IMG/VR virus record: IMGVR_UViG_3300024496_000014
Length of the DNA stretch: 64,000 nucleotides
Strand: one strand, 5' to 3'
Source: an uncultured virus (IMG/VR IMGVR_UViG_3300024496_000014)
Taxonomy: Duplodnaviria > Heunggongvirae > Uroviricota > Caudoviricetes
The position numbers and the translations under genes were made by a program. Shown here one piece after another: positions 1 through 11,800 of the stretch. Numbering within the stretch: position 1 is the stretch's first letter; each line of letters opens with the position of its first letter. The notes beneath the pieces are model-generated. The model was not told the origin of the DNA. It did no database searches and saw only the letters and a list, made by a program, of their open reading frames with translations.

Positions 1-554
1 GCTAAAGGAACATCTGAACCGTCTAATTTTGATGTATCGTCATCGGATAAAACAATTGGAGTTTTTGCGGCAAACTTTTGTCCACCGTTTGGAACGGTTG
101 CGCTGTTCCATTCTTGAATACCCCATGTTGTATTTTGTGTGTCTAGCCACCATGCGCCGTCTGTTGGATTTGCTCCCGGGGCGTCTGCTGTTGCTTCTAG
201 TTGATCAAGATCTATGTCTGCTCTTACAATGAAAGCTGCGTTCGATGCGCTTAGATAGCTATATGCTGCTAGTAGACCGTATTCGTTACGCTCTCCGCCA
301 TGGATTGGTGATCCACTGGCTGTCTTTTCAAAGAACGGAACACCAAATGTATCTACCAAATCTTTCTGGCTTGTCATCTTATAAGCCTTACCAGCATTTG
401 CTTTTAATGTTCCAGCAGCGGTGCCTGTGCCTGCTGCATTTGTTTTATTCTGTCCTGTGGCCACAACGATAAGCGGAGTTGTACCTGGTTCTGCAGGTGT
501 GTAAAAACTCTCGTCAATTACCGTTACTTGTACGCCTGGTGATGTTAGTGCCAT
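1..554 (-). CDS. gp18: Tail sheath protein, N-terminal part (runs off the left edge)
   Basis: Not in the ORF track because it is truncated. Manual translation from the ATG at 554 gives MALTSPGVQVTVIDESFYTPAEPGTTPLIVVATGQ...DLVDTFGVPFF...NEYGLLAAYSYL, with the typical SPGV sheath N-terminus. AGGAG SD and a TAAATA promoter lie upstream. Confidence 0.9.
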   Translation of the reverse strand, partial: MALTSPGVQVTVIDESFYTPAEPGTTPLIVVATGQNKTNAAGTGTAAGTLKANAGKAYKMTSQKDLVDTFGVPFFEKTASGSPIHGGERNEYGLLAAYSYLSASNAAFIVRADIDLDQLEATADAPGANPTDGAWWLDTQNTTWGIQEWNSATVPNGGQKFAAKTPIVLSDDDTSKLDGSDVPL

Positions 555-587
555 TCCCTATTCTCCTGGTAATAGTTTTACTCAAAG

Positions 588-593
588 TATTTA
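588..593 (-). promoter_or_regulatory. Late-promoter core TAAATA for the tail sheath gene
   Basis: CTAAATAC on the minus strand, upstream of the SD and ATG; the motif recurs before most structural operons. Confidence 0.65.
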
Positions 594-649
594 GCGGTAA
601 AAGGTAAAAATACCTTCTTATAACATCAGAAAAAGGGGAAGAAAAGGTG

Positions 650-655
650 TAAATA
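650..655 (+). promoter_or_regulatory. Late-promoter core TAAATA, 5 nt before ATG 661
   Basis: GTAAATATTTTTATG. Confidence 0.6.
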
Positions 656-660
656 TTTTT

Positions 661-999
661 ATGAGACCACTTTGTAAGGCCTGTAATGAACGGCCTAGAG
701 CATTAAATTATTATAAAGGTAAAAAACCTTATTATAGAACGCTCTGCGAAGCGTGTCTAGCTCACGGGTCTAAAGCACATATACCTCGTTGGAAACGTGC
801 TGGATACAAAATGAAATCGCAATGCGAAAAATGCGGATTTAAAAGTCCGCATTCTGAAGTATTTAGAGTATTTCACGTAGACGGCAATTTAGATAACTGC
901 CGTCCTAGTAATCTAAAAACAATATGTTGTAATTGTTCTCAAGTTTTAAGCAAAGAGGGCATTACTTGGCGTCAAGGAGATTTGGTCTCTGACTACTAA
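661..999 (+). CDS. Zn-binding HNH-family protein
   Basis: Several CxxC pairs plus HVDGNLDNCRPSNLKTICCNC (HNH-like; the final His appears replaced). Overlaps the convergent kinase gene by 54 nt. Confidence 0.7.
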   Translation: MRPLCKACNERPRALNYYKGKKPYYRTLCEACLAHGSKAHIPRWKRAGYKMKSQCEKCGFKSPHSEVFRVFHVDGNLDNCRPSNLKTICCNCSQVLSKEGITWRQGDLVSDY

Positions 1000-1599
1000 T
1001 TCTGTCTGCTTAAATAGATCATCGATAGTTCCGTTATTATCTATAAAATGATCAAATTCTGTTCCTACCCATGCAGTTTCACTAGCATGAATTTTACGCA
1101 TTTTTAATTCTTGGAACGCCCAGTTATGTCCTTGATTAGCGGCTAACGCTATATCATACCATTCGGGAAGTTCTCCTCTGCGTACCCATACAATTTTACC
1201 ACCCGCATTTCTAATACTGCTAATTTCGTTGGGGAAACGACAATCTGAAATTACTACATTATCCTTAGAATTACGAAGTTTATTTTCTAATGATGCTATC
1301 CAAATATCATCATGGAAGCCTTTGCGGCATACCTCTGTGCCCCAATATTGAAGTACCCACCTTGGAGTAAGTGTAGGCATTGCAAGTCTTTCTGCCCACC
1401 AAGGATCAACTTGTTCGCGCCACTCTCTTGCTTCTTTGGTTCGACCTTCTAACATAGTTCGATCCCAACCAAACACAGAGCTTACTGCGTCTTTTAATGT
1501 ATTAGCAAAAGACTCTCGTCTAAATTCGTGGAAATTAACTAGATAATCGGCAATAGTATCTTTGCCCGATCCAATAAACCCGCATACACCTATAATCAT
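946..1599 (-). CDS. gp1: Deoxynucleoside monophosphate kinase
   Basis: P-loop GFIGSGKDT, then SFANTLK, TPRWVLQYWGTE, ISDCRFPNE and HASE motifs. Confidence 0.9.
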   Translation of the reverse strand: MIIGVCGFIGSGKDTIADYLVNFHEFRRESFANTLKDAVSSVFGWDRTMLEGRTKEAREWREQVDPWWAERLAMPTLTPRWVLQYWGTEVCRKGFHDDIWIASLENKLRNSKDNVVISDCRFPNEISSIRNAGGKIVWVRRGELPEWYDIALAANQGHNWAFQELKMRKIHASETAWVGTEFDHFIDNNGTIDDLFKQTELVVRDQISLTPSNALFA

Positions 1600-1620
1600 A
1601 ATATCCTCCAGTTAAAGGAT

Positions 1621-1649
1621 ATTATACGTGAAATTTATTTGAAGGTCAA
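1621..1649 (-). promoter_or_regulatory. Sigma70-type promoter TTGACC-N17-TATAAT for the dNMP kinase
   Basis: Minus strand reads TTGACC ttcaaataaatttcacg TATAAT; GGAGG SD downstream. Confidence 0.8.
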
Positions 1650-2404
1650 CCAGTTATCCAGGTATAACCGGAGCCGCCTGGCACCAATTTCATTAGATCT
1701 TCAGTTAACTTATCAATTTCGGCTTGCCCTTCTGTTTTGAGTGCTGCTCCGTTTAATGAGCTTCCGCCGCCAGGACCGGCAATTTGAGCAAATTTTTCAC
1801 GAGCTTGTCCTAGCATCATTTTGCAGTTAGCTAAAGCATAATCTTTAATCCATTGCCCAGAATAGGTATCGGTTATGATAGAGCTATCTGGTTTTGTGTT
1901 ATAGATTTGTAACATAACTGACTCATCAGTTCTTGGTCTTTGATGAATTATTAACTTTTTACTCTGCGGATGCCAAGTAAAATTAATAAATGCTCCAAAC
2001 ATTTTTCCTACAAGCTCTTGATATTGCGAAAAGAGTTCATAGGTTAACAAACCGCCCATATTTGTCGAGCTTAACAAATATGTATTAGTATAGGCTAAAT
2101 TAAAAGGTTCAAATACCGTACCTCCGGTACCGCCTCCAGTTCTTGAACCAACGCTTCTTCTAAAAATTTGCCTAACCTGTTGTACTTCCTTAGGCAAAAT
2201 ATATTCGTTAACATCGGTTTTTAGCACTAAAAAGGCATAGCTTTCTTCTACAGCATTATCTGAACGCTGACGGAAAACCGCTAGGGCACGATTAAGGGCT
2301 GTTTCGTAGTGGATTGGGTCTAACTCTACATCAACCATGCCGTCGCCTAGCATAGCTTTGCAGTAGTTATAAACCTCTTGTTTTACTTGATCAGTTGAGC
2401 TCAT
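1646..2404 (-). CDS. gp13: Neck protein (head-tail adaptor)
   Basis: LGDGMVDVELD N-terminus; WIKDYALANCKMMLGQAREKF..PGGGSSLNG C-terminal motif; adjacent to gp14/gp15. Confidence 0.85.
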   Translation of the reverse strand: MSSTDQVKQEVYNYCKAMLGDGMVDVELDPIHYETALNRALAVFRQRSDNAVEESYAFLVLKTDVNEYILPKEVQQVRQIFRRSVGSRTGGGTGGTVFEPFNLAYTNTYLLSSTNMGGLLTYELFSQYQELVGKMFGAFINFTWHPQSKKLIIHQRPRTDESVMLQIYNTKPDSSIITDTYSGQWIKDYALANCKMMLGQAREKFAQIAGPGGGSSLNGAALKTEGQAEIDKLTEDLMKLVPGGSGYTWITG

Positions 2405-2409
2405 GCTTG

Positions 2410-2430
2410 TATTTATCGTAGCGGTAAATA
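2410..2430. promoter_or_regulatory. Back-to-back late promoters (TAAATA minus at 2410-2415, plus at 2425-2430)
   Basis: Both motifs lie in the short gap between divergent gp13 and gp14. Confidence 0.7.
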
Positions 2431-2437
2431 TATGACT

Positions 2438-3700
2438 ATGCCAAGACTTTCGCTATATCGTCCCGAAAAGGGCAACGACTACAAATTCATTGATAAAACC
2501 GTCTGGGAAATGTTCCAAGTTGGCGGTACAGATGTGCTTGTTCACAAGTATTTAGGGCCCGGTAGTTCTGTACAAGGAGATAATCCTAGTACTCCTACTT
2601 ACGGAACCGATTCTGTGTCAAATATTCAAGATCTTTTATTTTTAGAAAATCGTGACCGAAAATATGATCCTGATGTTTATATTTTAAGAGGCGTATATAA
2701 CCTGCAAGACATTGATTTTAATCTAAGTCAATTTGGTTTGTTCTTGCAAAATGATACAATTTTTATAACGTTTCATATTAATGATACCGTAGAAAAACTT
2801 GGTAGAAAAATTATATCAGGCGATGTGTTAGAATTGCCTCATTTAAAAGACGAATATGCACTTAACGATTTTAACTTTGCGTTAAAACGTTTTTATGTTA
2901 TTGAAGAAGTTAGTCGTGCTGCGGAAGGTTTTTCAGTAACTTGGTATCCACATTTATATCGTGCTAAATGCAAACCTCTAGTAGATAGTCAAGAGTTTAA
3001 ACAAATTCTTGACGGCGTTGCAGGTGAAGGTACAAACCAAACATTACGCGACATTATGTCAACTTATGAAAAAGAAATGCAGATTACACAAGCAGTTCTT
3101 GACCAAGCTGAAGCAGATGCACCAAAGAGCGGATATGACACAAGCAAGTTTTATACTTTGCAGAAAAATTTAACTACAGGCGAAACTGAGCTAGTTACAT
3201 CGGATAACACACAATTAAATGTTTCTTTTGAAACTCAAGCCACTGATGAGACTGGAGATCCGTTGTTTGACGAGAACGGAGATCCAATTTATGTAGGTGC
3301 AACTGCTTCAACAATTTATAAGACTCCGGAATGGGAAGACTATGGCGGTTATATCACCGGTGACGGAATTCCTCCGAACGGAACACCGTTCTCAAGTGGT
3401 ATTGCGTTTCCTTTAAATCCTGCAGAAGGACAATTTCATTTACGTACTGATTATTTTCCAAATAGATTGTTTAGATTTAACGGAGCACGATGGGTTAAAT
3501 TTGAGGATAATATACGCATGACTATGAGCAATCTAGGTCCTTCCGATACAGAAATTGGCGCTACATTTGAAGGCAAGGATGATCGCAAGACGCAGAAGAC
3601 TGGATTTATTAATAATGAAACGGTTAATAAGATCAATAATAAAATGATCAAAGAAAGACAGAGTTTAAGTAAAGCTCTAAGACCAAAGGCGGATGAATAA
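2438..3700 (+). CDS. gp14: Neck/head-closure protein with C-terminal extension
   Basis: IQDLLFLENRDRKY, LSQFGLFL and GDVLELPHL motifs; position between gp13 and gp15. Start probably MPRL at 2438. Confidence 0.75.
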   Translation: MPRLSLYRPEKGNDYKFIDKTVWEMFQVGGTDVLVHKYLGPGSSVQGDNPSTPTYGTDSVSNIQDLLFLENRDRKYDPDVYILRGVYNLQDIDFNLSQFGLFLQNDTIFITFHINDTVEKLGRKIISGDVLELPHLKDEYALNDFNFALKRFYVIEEVSRAAEGFSVTWYPHLYRAKCKPLVDSQEFKQILDGVAGEGTNQTLRDIMSTYEKEMQITQAVLDQAEADAPKSGYDTSKFYTLQKNLTTGETELVTSDNTQLNVSFETQATDETGDPLFDENGDPIYVGATASTIYKTPEWEDYGGYITGDGIPPNGTPFSSGIAFPLNPAEGQFHLRTDYFPNRLFRFNGARWVKFEDNIRMTMSNLGPSDTEIGATFEGKDDRKTQKTGFINNETVNKINNKMIKERQSLSKALRPKADE

Positions 3701-5208
3701 TGGACTTCTTTTATGATGGGCAGATAAGACGCTATGTGACTCAGTTCATGCGCTTTTTTATTGGATTCAAGTATAAGGCCGGTGACGGCGAAGAACGCCA
3801 TGTGCCAGTAATGTACGGTGATTTAACACGTCAAGTAGCTTCTATTATTAGAGATAACTCTGAAAATAAAATGCCTACCGTACCAAGAATTGCTTGTTAT
3901 ATTACAGGTCTAGAGCTTGACATGACTAGACTAAGCGATGCTACCTTTGTAAGTAAAATCAATATTAGAGAAAGAAAATATTCAGACTTTGATGAAGCAG
4001 GTGATCCTATATATGAAAGTACTCAAGGTGGTCATTATACTATAGAACGTTTAATGCCAACTCCGTATAAGTTAAGCATGAAAGCAGATATATGGACTTC
4101 AAACACTGATCAAAAATTGCAATTGTTAGAACAAATTCTTGTTTTCTTTAATCCAAGTTTCGAAATTCAAACCACTGATAACTTTGTTGATTGGACTAGT
4201 CTTAGTGTTGTAAATTTAAAAAATTTAACGTTTAGTTCTAGAACAATTCCGCAAGCAGCAGAAAGCGATATTGATATTTGTAGTATAGAATTTGATATGC
4301 CTATCTTTATTACAGCTCCTGCTAAAGTTAAAAAACTTGGAGTTGTTAAAAACATTGTTACTAATATCTTTACTGAAGACGGTGATGTGCTAGGACTTGA
4401 AGACTTAACAATGGACCTTGGAAAAGCCGGTACTCAGTTATTTAGAACCTATGATCAATACGGTGTCTTGTTATTAAAAAGTAATAACGGTCAATCCAAT
4501 GACTACGATTTATCTATTTTAGACGTTTATGAAGCCGTTCAGGCTGCAGGCCTTGATGTTCCAGTAAAATATGGAGATAGATTAGATTGGAATCTTGTGT
4601 TAGAACATCACGGTGGTTATACTCCGGGATTAAGTATGGTCTACTTCTTACAGCCTAACGGTAATGAAATTCGAGGAACATTTACAATTAATCAGATAGA
4701 TCCAACATATCTTGTTGTAACAATTGAAGATAAACCTTCAAATACATCGATTCCCGGACCAGCAAGATCAAATAATAGTTGGACAACAATAGATGCAATT
4801 ATCGATCCTTATAAATTTAATCCAATCGAAGTGTTTGGTTCTGCATCGTTAATAACTCCTGGTATTAGATATTTGATGCTAGAAGATGTAAACCCTAGTG
4901 AAAATAGAGGCGGAGTAATGCAATATGGCCAAAGTCCTGCAGACGGAAGCAGCGGAGATCCTTACGACGGTCCAGATGGATGGAAAGATGTAAACGGATA
5001 TGACCTATATCTTAAAGCAAATTCTATTATTGAATGGGATGGTACTACATGGGTAACCGTTTTTGATCCAGCTGCGGCTACTGAACTAACATATGTTACC
5101 AATTTAAAAACAGGTATTCAATATAAATGGGATTTAGAGCAGTGGCTCAAATCATTCGAAGGCGAATATGCTGCCGGAACGTGGAGATTTAACCTCGACG
5201 GAGAATAA
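3700..5208 (+). CDS. gp15: Tail terminator / sheath stabiliser with extra C-terminal domain
   Basis: FFYDGQIRRY, VPVMYG, MPTPY, QLLEQILVFFNP motifs; TAATG coupling to gp14. Confidence 0.85.
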   Translation: MDFFYDGQIRRYVTQFMRFFIGFKYKAGDGEERHVPVMYGDLTRQVASIIRDNSENKMPTVPRIACYITGLELDMTRLSDATFVSKINIRERKYSDFDEAGDPIYESTQGGHYTIERLMPTPYKLSMKADIWTSNTDQKLQLLEQILVFFNPSFEIQTTDNFVDWTSLSVVNLKNLTFSSRTIPQAAESDIDICSIEFDMPIFITAPAKVKKLGVVKNIVTNIFTEDGDVLGLEDLTMDLGKAGTQLFRTYDQYGVLLLKSNNGQSNDYDLSILDVYEAVQAAGLDVPVKYGDRLDWNLVLEHHGGYTPGLSMVYFLQPNGNEIRGTFTINQIDPTYLVVTIEDKPSNTSIPGPARSNNSWTTIDAIIDPYKFNPIEVFGSASLITPGIRYLMLEDVNPSENRGGVMQYGQSPADGSSGDPYDGPDGWKDVNGYDLYLKANSIIEWDGTTWVTVFDPAAATELTYVTNLKTGIQYKWDLEQWLKSFEGEYAAGTWRFNLDGE

Positions 5209-5216
5209 GTAAAGGT

Positions 5217-5606
5217 ATGCAACAGCGTGCCGGACTACTATTTCTTGCCAAAAAAACAGAACGGATTTTGTTAATCTTAGAAGATTACAAATGGACCGTT
5301 CCTACTTTTCCAAGACAAAATACTTTATTAGAAGATGCCCAGGGTCTTTTAAGAGATTATTCTCAGGGTAGAATATTACCTATTGAATTATATCTTAGCG
5401 AAGATAAGGGGTTTGAATACGGCACTTATGTTTGTTTAGTTGAAGAAGAATTTTTAACAAGGGCTAGCCCAACAATATGTTGGAGCAGCATCGAATACTT
5501 GCCTAAAAATCTTCATAATGGTTTAAAAACCACACTAAATAATCAGCTTATTAAAACAAAAATTGAAACTATATTGGTCTTAGAAAATGATGAAAATACA
5601 AAATAG
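5217..5606 (+). CDS. Degenerate NUDIX-fold protein
   Basis: AGLLFLA..T.RILL..W.VP N-terminus and FEYGTYVCLVEEEF, but no intact GX5EX7REUXEE box. Confidence 0.5.
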   Translation: MQQRAGLLFLAKKTERILLILEDYKWTVPTFPRQNTLLEDAQGLLRDYSQGRILPIELYLSEDKGFEYGTYVCLVEEEFLTRASPTICWSSIEYLPKNLHNGLKTTLNNQLIKTKIETILVLENDENTK

Positions 5607-5883
5607 CGAACGCTTCAAACAGGAATATCAAAAATTTCAAGAAAGAATTTCTTTGGTAACTGATTCTGATCTACAGAAAAAAATGATCGACATGCTATTG
5701 ACGATCAAATCTAGAGTTCAAGCACTTGATCAACAGCATGATCATGTCTTTTTAACAGGCAAGGTTCCTAATGACATTACTGAAACTAGAAACGATCTAA
5801 CCCAAGTAAGACGTGAGTTAGATCGTATGTTGACTAGTTGGGAATCTTCGATTAAGCCTGTGCCTCACCCCAACGAAGAATAA
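5587..5883 (+). CDS. Hypothetical helical protein
   Basis: 98-aa ORF, coiled-coil-like, overlapping the upstream ORF. Confidence 0.55.
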   Translation: MMKIQNSERFKQEYQKFQERISLVTDSDLQKKMIDMLLTIKSRVQALDQQHDHVFLTGKVPNDITETRNDLTQVRRELDRMLTSWESSIKPVPHPNEE

Positions 5884-8800
5884 TTGATCCTGGCGTTGCG
5901 GTTCCTGTAACCTTATACACGTTAATAGCTAGTACGTCTGGCCCGTTCGGGAACGCACCTCTACCACCAATAGCTGTAGTTGTTAATTCTTTAAGTTCAG
6001 TTAATGATATAGCTGTAGTGTTTCCTGGGTTAGCAACGAACGAGAATACCTGTTCACCCGGTAGCGCATACTGCGGATCACCAAACTGGAATGTAACCGT
6101 ACCTGCTGCACTAATAGTTGCACTAGAAGTTTGTGTAAATGTAACACGCTGTACAATTGTTGTTCCTAATTGTCTTGATGTTACTGAACCTACAGAAGTA
6201 CCAGCTGGGAATTGTGTATAGCTGGTTGCAATACGAGTTCCTACCGATGCACTTGATGCATTCCAAGTTGCTGATGTAAAGAACAAATAGTTAGTATTTG
6301 AGTAAGATGCTGCTGTACCTGCTGCCTGCACCGTTGTTGTTATGTTAGTGTTACCGGGAGATAAAGCATTACCATTGGCACTCATAACAATACGAGTATA
6401 AGCAGTTCCTGCAATAGTTACATATGAAGTAGTAACACTTGCTACGGTTTGACTACTAATAACATAAGTTGTAGCACTTAAAATATCACCAACTTGAAGT
6501 TTTGATGCGGTATAATCTGCATTGGTTATTAAGAAATCGTTTCTAGCATTACTAAATGCACTAGCATAAGAAATAGATGCTGCGCTAGAAACGGTTATTG
6601 ATATATTAGAACTTGCCGGACTGGTTGCGTTTGCACCAGAACTCATATCAATCCTAGTATAAATTGTTCCTAAATATCCTCTAGTAATACCGGATATAGA
6701 TTGGCCACCGGTAATGTATGTTGCCGCTGCTAGTCGATCGCCAACACGTAATGGTGTTGTAGATAATAATGCATCATATGCAGTATTAAGAATATAGAAC
6801 GTAATGTTTCCTAACTGCAACGCATTAGCATATCCTGAAATTCCTGCAGGATTAGCAATAGCAGTAATTGTATTCGATACGGTAGTAAATCCTCTAGCAC
6901 TAATTGTTGTAGTTAATGCTCCTTGAACGGTAGCTGTTGTTGTAAACGGTGCAACACCACCCCAGTTAATAGAACCACCAAGTGCAATTTGTGCGAAGCT
7001 TGGTTGTCCACCAGATGCAGCACTGGATAAACCAGTCCAGGTAATCTTGGTAGGATCTGTTGGATAATTTCTTGGGTTTAAAATACCTTCAACAACAATA
7101 GCACCCGTACCAGAGTCAGCAGTTAACGCAATTTCATTTAAGAGTAACTGCGCTCTGTTTAGCAGATCGCGTTCACCTAAATCTCCAACAATAGCGTTAG
7201 AAACTGAAGGCGCTAGTCGAATCATAAATGCTGTTTGTTTTGATGTTGTAAAACTCAAACCAGTTGACGCATAGTTAAAAATGTAACCGCGGTCTGTATC
7301 AAACATACCGTCAGTTAGTAAAGCTGAACCCCAGTGACTAATTGTTGGGGTTGTTGTACAACTAATTAATTGAACTCCTGCATTTACTAAATGTGCTGCG
7401 GCTGTTCCTGCCGAGAAAGTTCTGTTTTGGCCTGCTGTAAAGGCTAAGAAAGAAGCATTTCTTGTACATCCTAGTAGTCTATTTCCAGATTTTCCAGAGT
7501 AAGAAATTAATTCGTTATCAACATATACGGTTCCAGTTGTTGGGAATCTTGATGCATCTGTAAGATCCATATAGTTTTGACCGGAATTCATAGCTGCTGA
7601 TAATTTGCTAACTGCTGATCTATTTTCAACTTCGTAGCGCACAGGCAAGTTAGCAGTACGCATATACGCTTCGGTATTTACGTTAGAGTTTCTTACCTTA
7701 TGTAAGAATACAAATCTACCATCAGCTCCACGAAGCATCCATTCTACAAAACCAGCAGCATACCATGAGTATTGCATACCTAACATCTGCATACGCCATG
7801 GTAACATTTCGTAACCACTTGGTCCTGTTCCGTCAATAGGATCAATGTTCCAGTCACGTTGAGGAATATACAATTCTGTAGTTACACAGACTCTTGCTCC
7901 TGTAATAGAGTTTGCGCCGCGCCAGTCTGGAGCCATAGTCATTGATGTTTGACTTGCTATACTTGTTACAATATGGCTCATCCCACGAATAACAATTTTG
8001 TCTCCAACTTTTAATTGATCTTGGAACCTAGTATTTGTACCAGTTACGGTATTGCTGTCTAGTGTAATTGAAACGGTTCCTGTTAATTGGTTTGTACTTG
8101 ATCGACGAACCAACGCCATTTCTTGACCATCGTATTGATAGAATAAACCGTTTTGCTCATCAAATGCACCAATACGAACGGTTGATCCGTGCCAGCGTTT
8201 TAAAAGAACTTTGGCATCAGGTCCTAGTGTACCTGTGGTTGATGACAATGGTGCATTTGATCTAACACGGAATCTACGTGCATCAACAATACTTTCAACG
8301 GTATAGTCACCATTAAATTCAAAATCTACCATACCAATAACTTCAATTTCTGCACCTGGTTGTAGTCCGTGGTCGTTGTCGTCACAGGTAAATGTAATAT
8401 AACTATTAATTACCGTGTCAGCTGCTGTAGCAGAGGCAAGTGTATAACTTGGTGCAAACAAACCACCGGTGGTATACATAATACCTTTACCAGATTGGTA
8501 ACGAATGTATTTTTTACTTTGACGAATTGCCTGTGCACCGTGACTTGGATTACCAGTACCTAGCTGAACACCGCCGTCAAATGGTCTATGTGTAAAGAAA
8601 GTATCTGGACGAGCGTATAATACTCCGGTTAGTGCAGATGCTGAGGTATCGATTGTACCTGTTGTTCTAGCAGGAAATCTAATTTGAGTTGGTGTTGGAA
8701 CTTGTGTTACTACATGAGGACCAGTTGCTAGTTGATGATTAGCTGATAACAAATCAATACTCATGGCGCTTGTACCGTTACCTACTACGGCAAATCTACC

Positions 8801-11800
8801 AATACCTAAATATGTGGTATAGGCAATTTCTTCCCAAGTTGCTGTTCCTGTTGTAGTTCTTTCAGTAAATGAACCAGTTTCACCTGTAAATGATGTAAGT
8901 GCGCTGGTAGCACCGTCTGCAATAACAACAAAGTTGCTGTCACCGTAGGTACAATTATTCCAGTTTGCTCCAGAAGGTAATGTAACCGAAGTCCATGTTG
9001 TTCCAGTTGTTGAATAAGCTGCGGTTGCTGATCCTCTTGCTACTGCAAAGAATCTATTGTATCCGTAAGTTATTGAGCTCCATGTTGCTGAAGCAGGCAA
9101 TGCTCCTGTAGCTGTCCATGTTAGTCCGTTATCAGCGGAATATGCTGCGGCTGTGCCGCCTGAAGCAATTGCCACAAAGTATGCTGACGATCCAATTAAT
9201 CCTGCAGATACATCAGTCCATGTTGTCGAACTTGGTAATGCACCACCTGCTATCCAAGTTGCACCGTCTATCGAATATGCGGTTGCTGTGCCACCTGAAA
9301 CAATTGCTACAAAATATCCTCCATAGAATGATACTGATGACCAAGATCCGGAAGATGGCATTGTTGCAGCAGTCCATGTTGTGCCGCCGTTAGTAGAAAA
9401 TGCTGCGGCTGTGCCTCCACTGGCAATTGCTACAAATACATCATTTGCACCAATGGTTCCTGCGGCTGTTGCAACCCAATTTCCGCTCGAAGGCAACGCT
9501 CCGCCTGCGCTCCATGATTGTCCATCTGTTGATCTTGCGGTGTTTGCAGAAGAACTACCTGTTGCAATGAACACGCCATTAAGAGCTGAAGTGCTTGACC
9601 ATGTAATTGAAGTTGGTAACGTTCTTGCTGTAGCAGTAAATCCCGGTGCTGGCTGTGATGAAATACTTGTTAAAATTGTAGTGCCTGGCAATAATCCGTG
9701 ATTACTTGCAAAATCAACCTGAACGGTTGCAATAGCACCAACACTTAATGTTGTTCCGTCTGGAATTGCGCCAGTTAATGCTTCACTGATTGTTAATGTT
9801 GGATAAACAGAAACCGTATCTCCTGCATAAGGAGTACCTGATGCAGATACTGCGCCAATTGTTCCTCCACCAGCCGAGGTAACGGTTAATATACAATCAT
9901 TAGTAGTCGACGATCCATCTAAACTTGAACCAGAAATTAAAATTCTATTTCCTACATTATAACCTGATCCACCTGCACCTACACCAGCACTAACTACCGC
10001 TGAATAAACACCATCTGTTCTTGTAACATCAAATATTGCGCCTACGCCTGATACAAGTTCATTTGTAGCTGAAGTAATGTTATAACTAGCATCGCCTGTT
10101 GCACCAACGGGTGTTCCAATAAGTGTGTAGTCAACAATGCCGCCGGCAGTGACTCCATCTACACTAATTGTAATATCGTTATCTGGGCTTACACCGCCTA
10201 GGTCTGTTCCTGCCCATGTTACAAAATCTCCTTGAGCGTAATTATTACCCGGTGTTGAGAGAGTAATCTGATAAGCACCAGTACCACCTGTTCTTACAAC
10301 ATTAATTTGAGCACCATTACCTGCGCCAGTTGTTGAAGATTGATTAATTGCAGTATATGTACCGCCGCCTGATATTCCTGTTCCAGAATATGTAAATCCA
10401 GTAACACCTCCCTGACTATCTACACTAGATACGGTAACAATAATATCGTTGTCTGGGCTTGTGCCGCCTAGCGATGTTCCGAGAATTACAATTCTGTCTC
10501 CAACAACATATCCGTCTCCGTTAATTGTACTATCGCCTAAGTCAGTTACGGTATAGACACCACCGGATCTTGAAACAGCAAAATGAGCATTTGCTCCTGT
10601 GCTTTGAATATTTGTTCCGGTAACTGCAAGGTTAGATCCGTTAGCACCTAATTTAGTTAAGCCTAAGGCTGCGGATAAGTCTACTTGATTTCCGCCAATT
10701 GCATTAATAACTAACGCTGCACCAGAACCACTTGAAATAACCATGCCCTGTTGAACGCCTGTTAAATCAACTAATTCAATTGATGTGTCTGCAGGAGTTG
10801 TACTTTCTTTATATCTTGCAGTAACCGTTCCAGAACCAATAACACCAGATACAGATGTACCCGCAGCAATATTTGGAGATCCTGAAATTGGTGATCCAAT
10901 GGTTGGACTAGTTCCGTTGAACGCTATTTGATATGATCCAGATGCTGTTGTAAATTTTGAGCTTACACTTAGGGTTGATCCGTTGCTATACACAGAAAAC
11001 GTTGGTTGTCCAATTGATGCTCCGGTATAAAAACCTGCTTGTCTAATCTGAGCAAAACTTGTAAACAGACTTTCTCCGTTAGTTGTTCCTACTTTAGCAC
11101 TTGCATAATATGTAAATGACACAGAACTCGGTACACTATAAACTAAGAATGAACCTTCTGCACGAGCAAAACCGCTAACATTCGAACTAAGACCTTTTAC
11201 CGTAATAGGTTGTTGTACGCTAAAACCGTGAGCTCCGGTTGTTGTTACCGTAATTAAAGAAGAACCAAAATAACCAGTATTAATTGATGCATCTGTGGTT
11301 ATAGCTGAAACACTTAGGTCAGTTCCAGGCACTTCGTAAATAGAAGGATACATTCGAATTAAACCTAGTGCCTGCCATTTAGTAGGTTGTAATCCGTACT
11401 CAAAGTCAGCGTCAAGCATGGCCTGCGGAGCAGCAACACGCATACGTTCAATAGCATCTGTACCAAATTGCCAAGGTCTAATTGTTTGGTATTCTTCTTC
11501 AACAAATATTTGTAGATTTGCCGATGATGTTAAATTTGATGTATCGTGAGACAAATAAATTGTAGTGATAGTATCAGTTGTTTGAAACCATGTTCTAAAA
11601 TCAACATCACTTAATAAGTTACCGTCACCGCTAGAACGTCCTTGTTTATATTCTACAGATAATGTTTCTGTGGCGTCGGCAAAATTATAGATAATTTCAC
11701 CGTCGTCTACATTAGTAATTAACAATAATTCATCTGGTGTAAATTTTCCTAATAGTCTAATAGAACTTACACCTGGAATCTTCGATGGCATTGCAGGAAT

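Noticed and set aside
29..472. Two plus-strand ORFs (67 and 75 aa)
   Set aside because: Antisense shadows of the tail sheath gene
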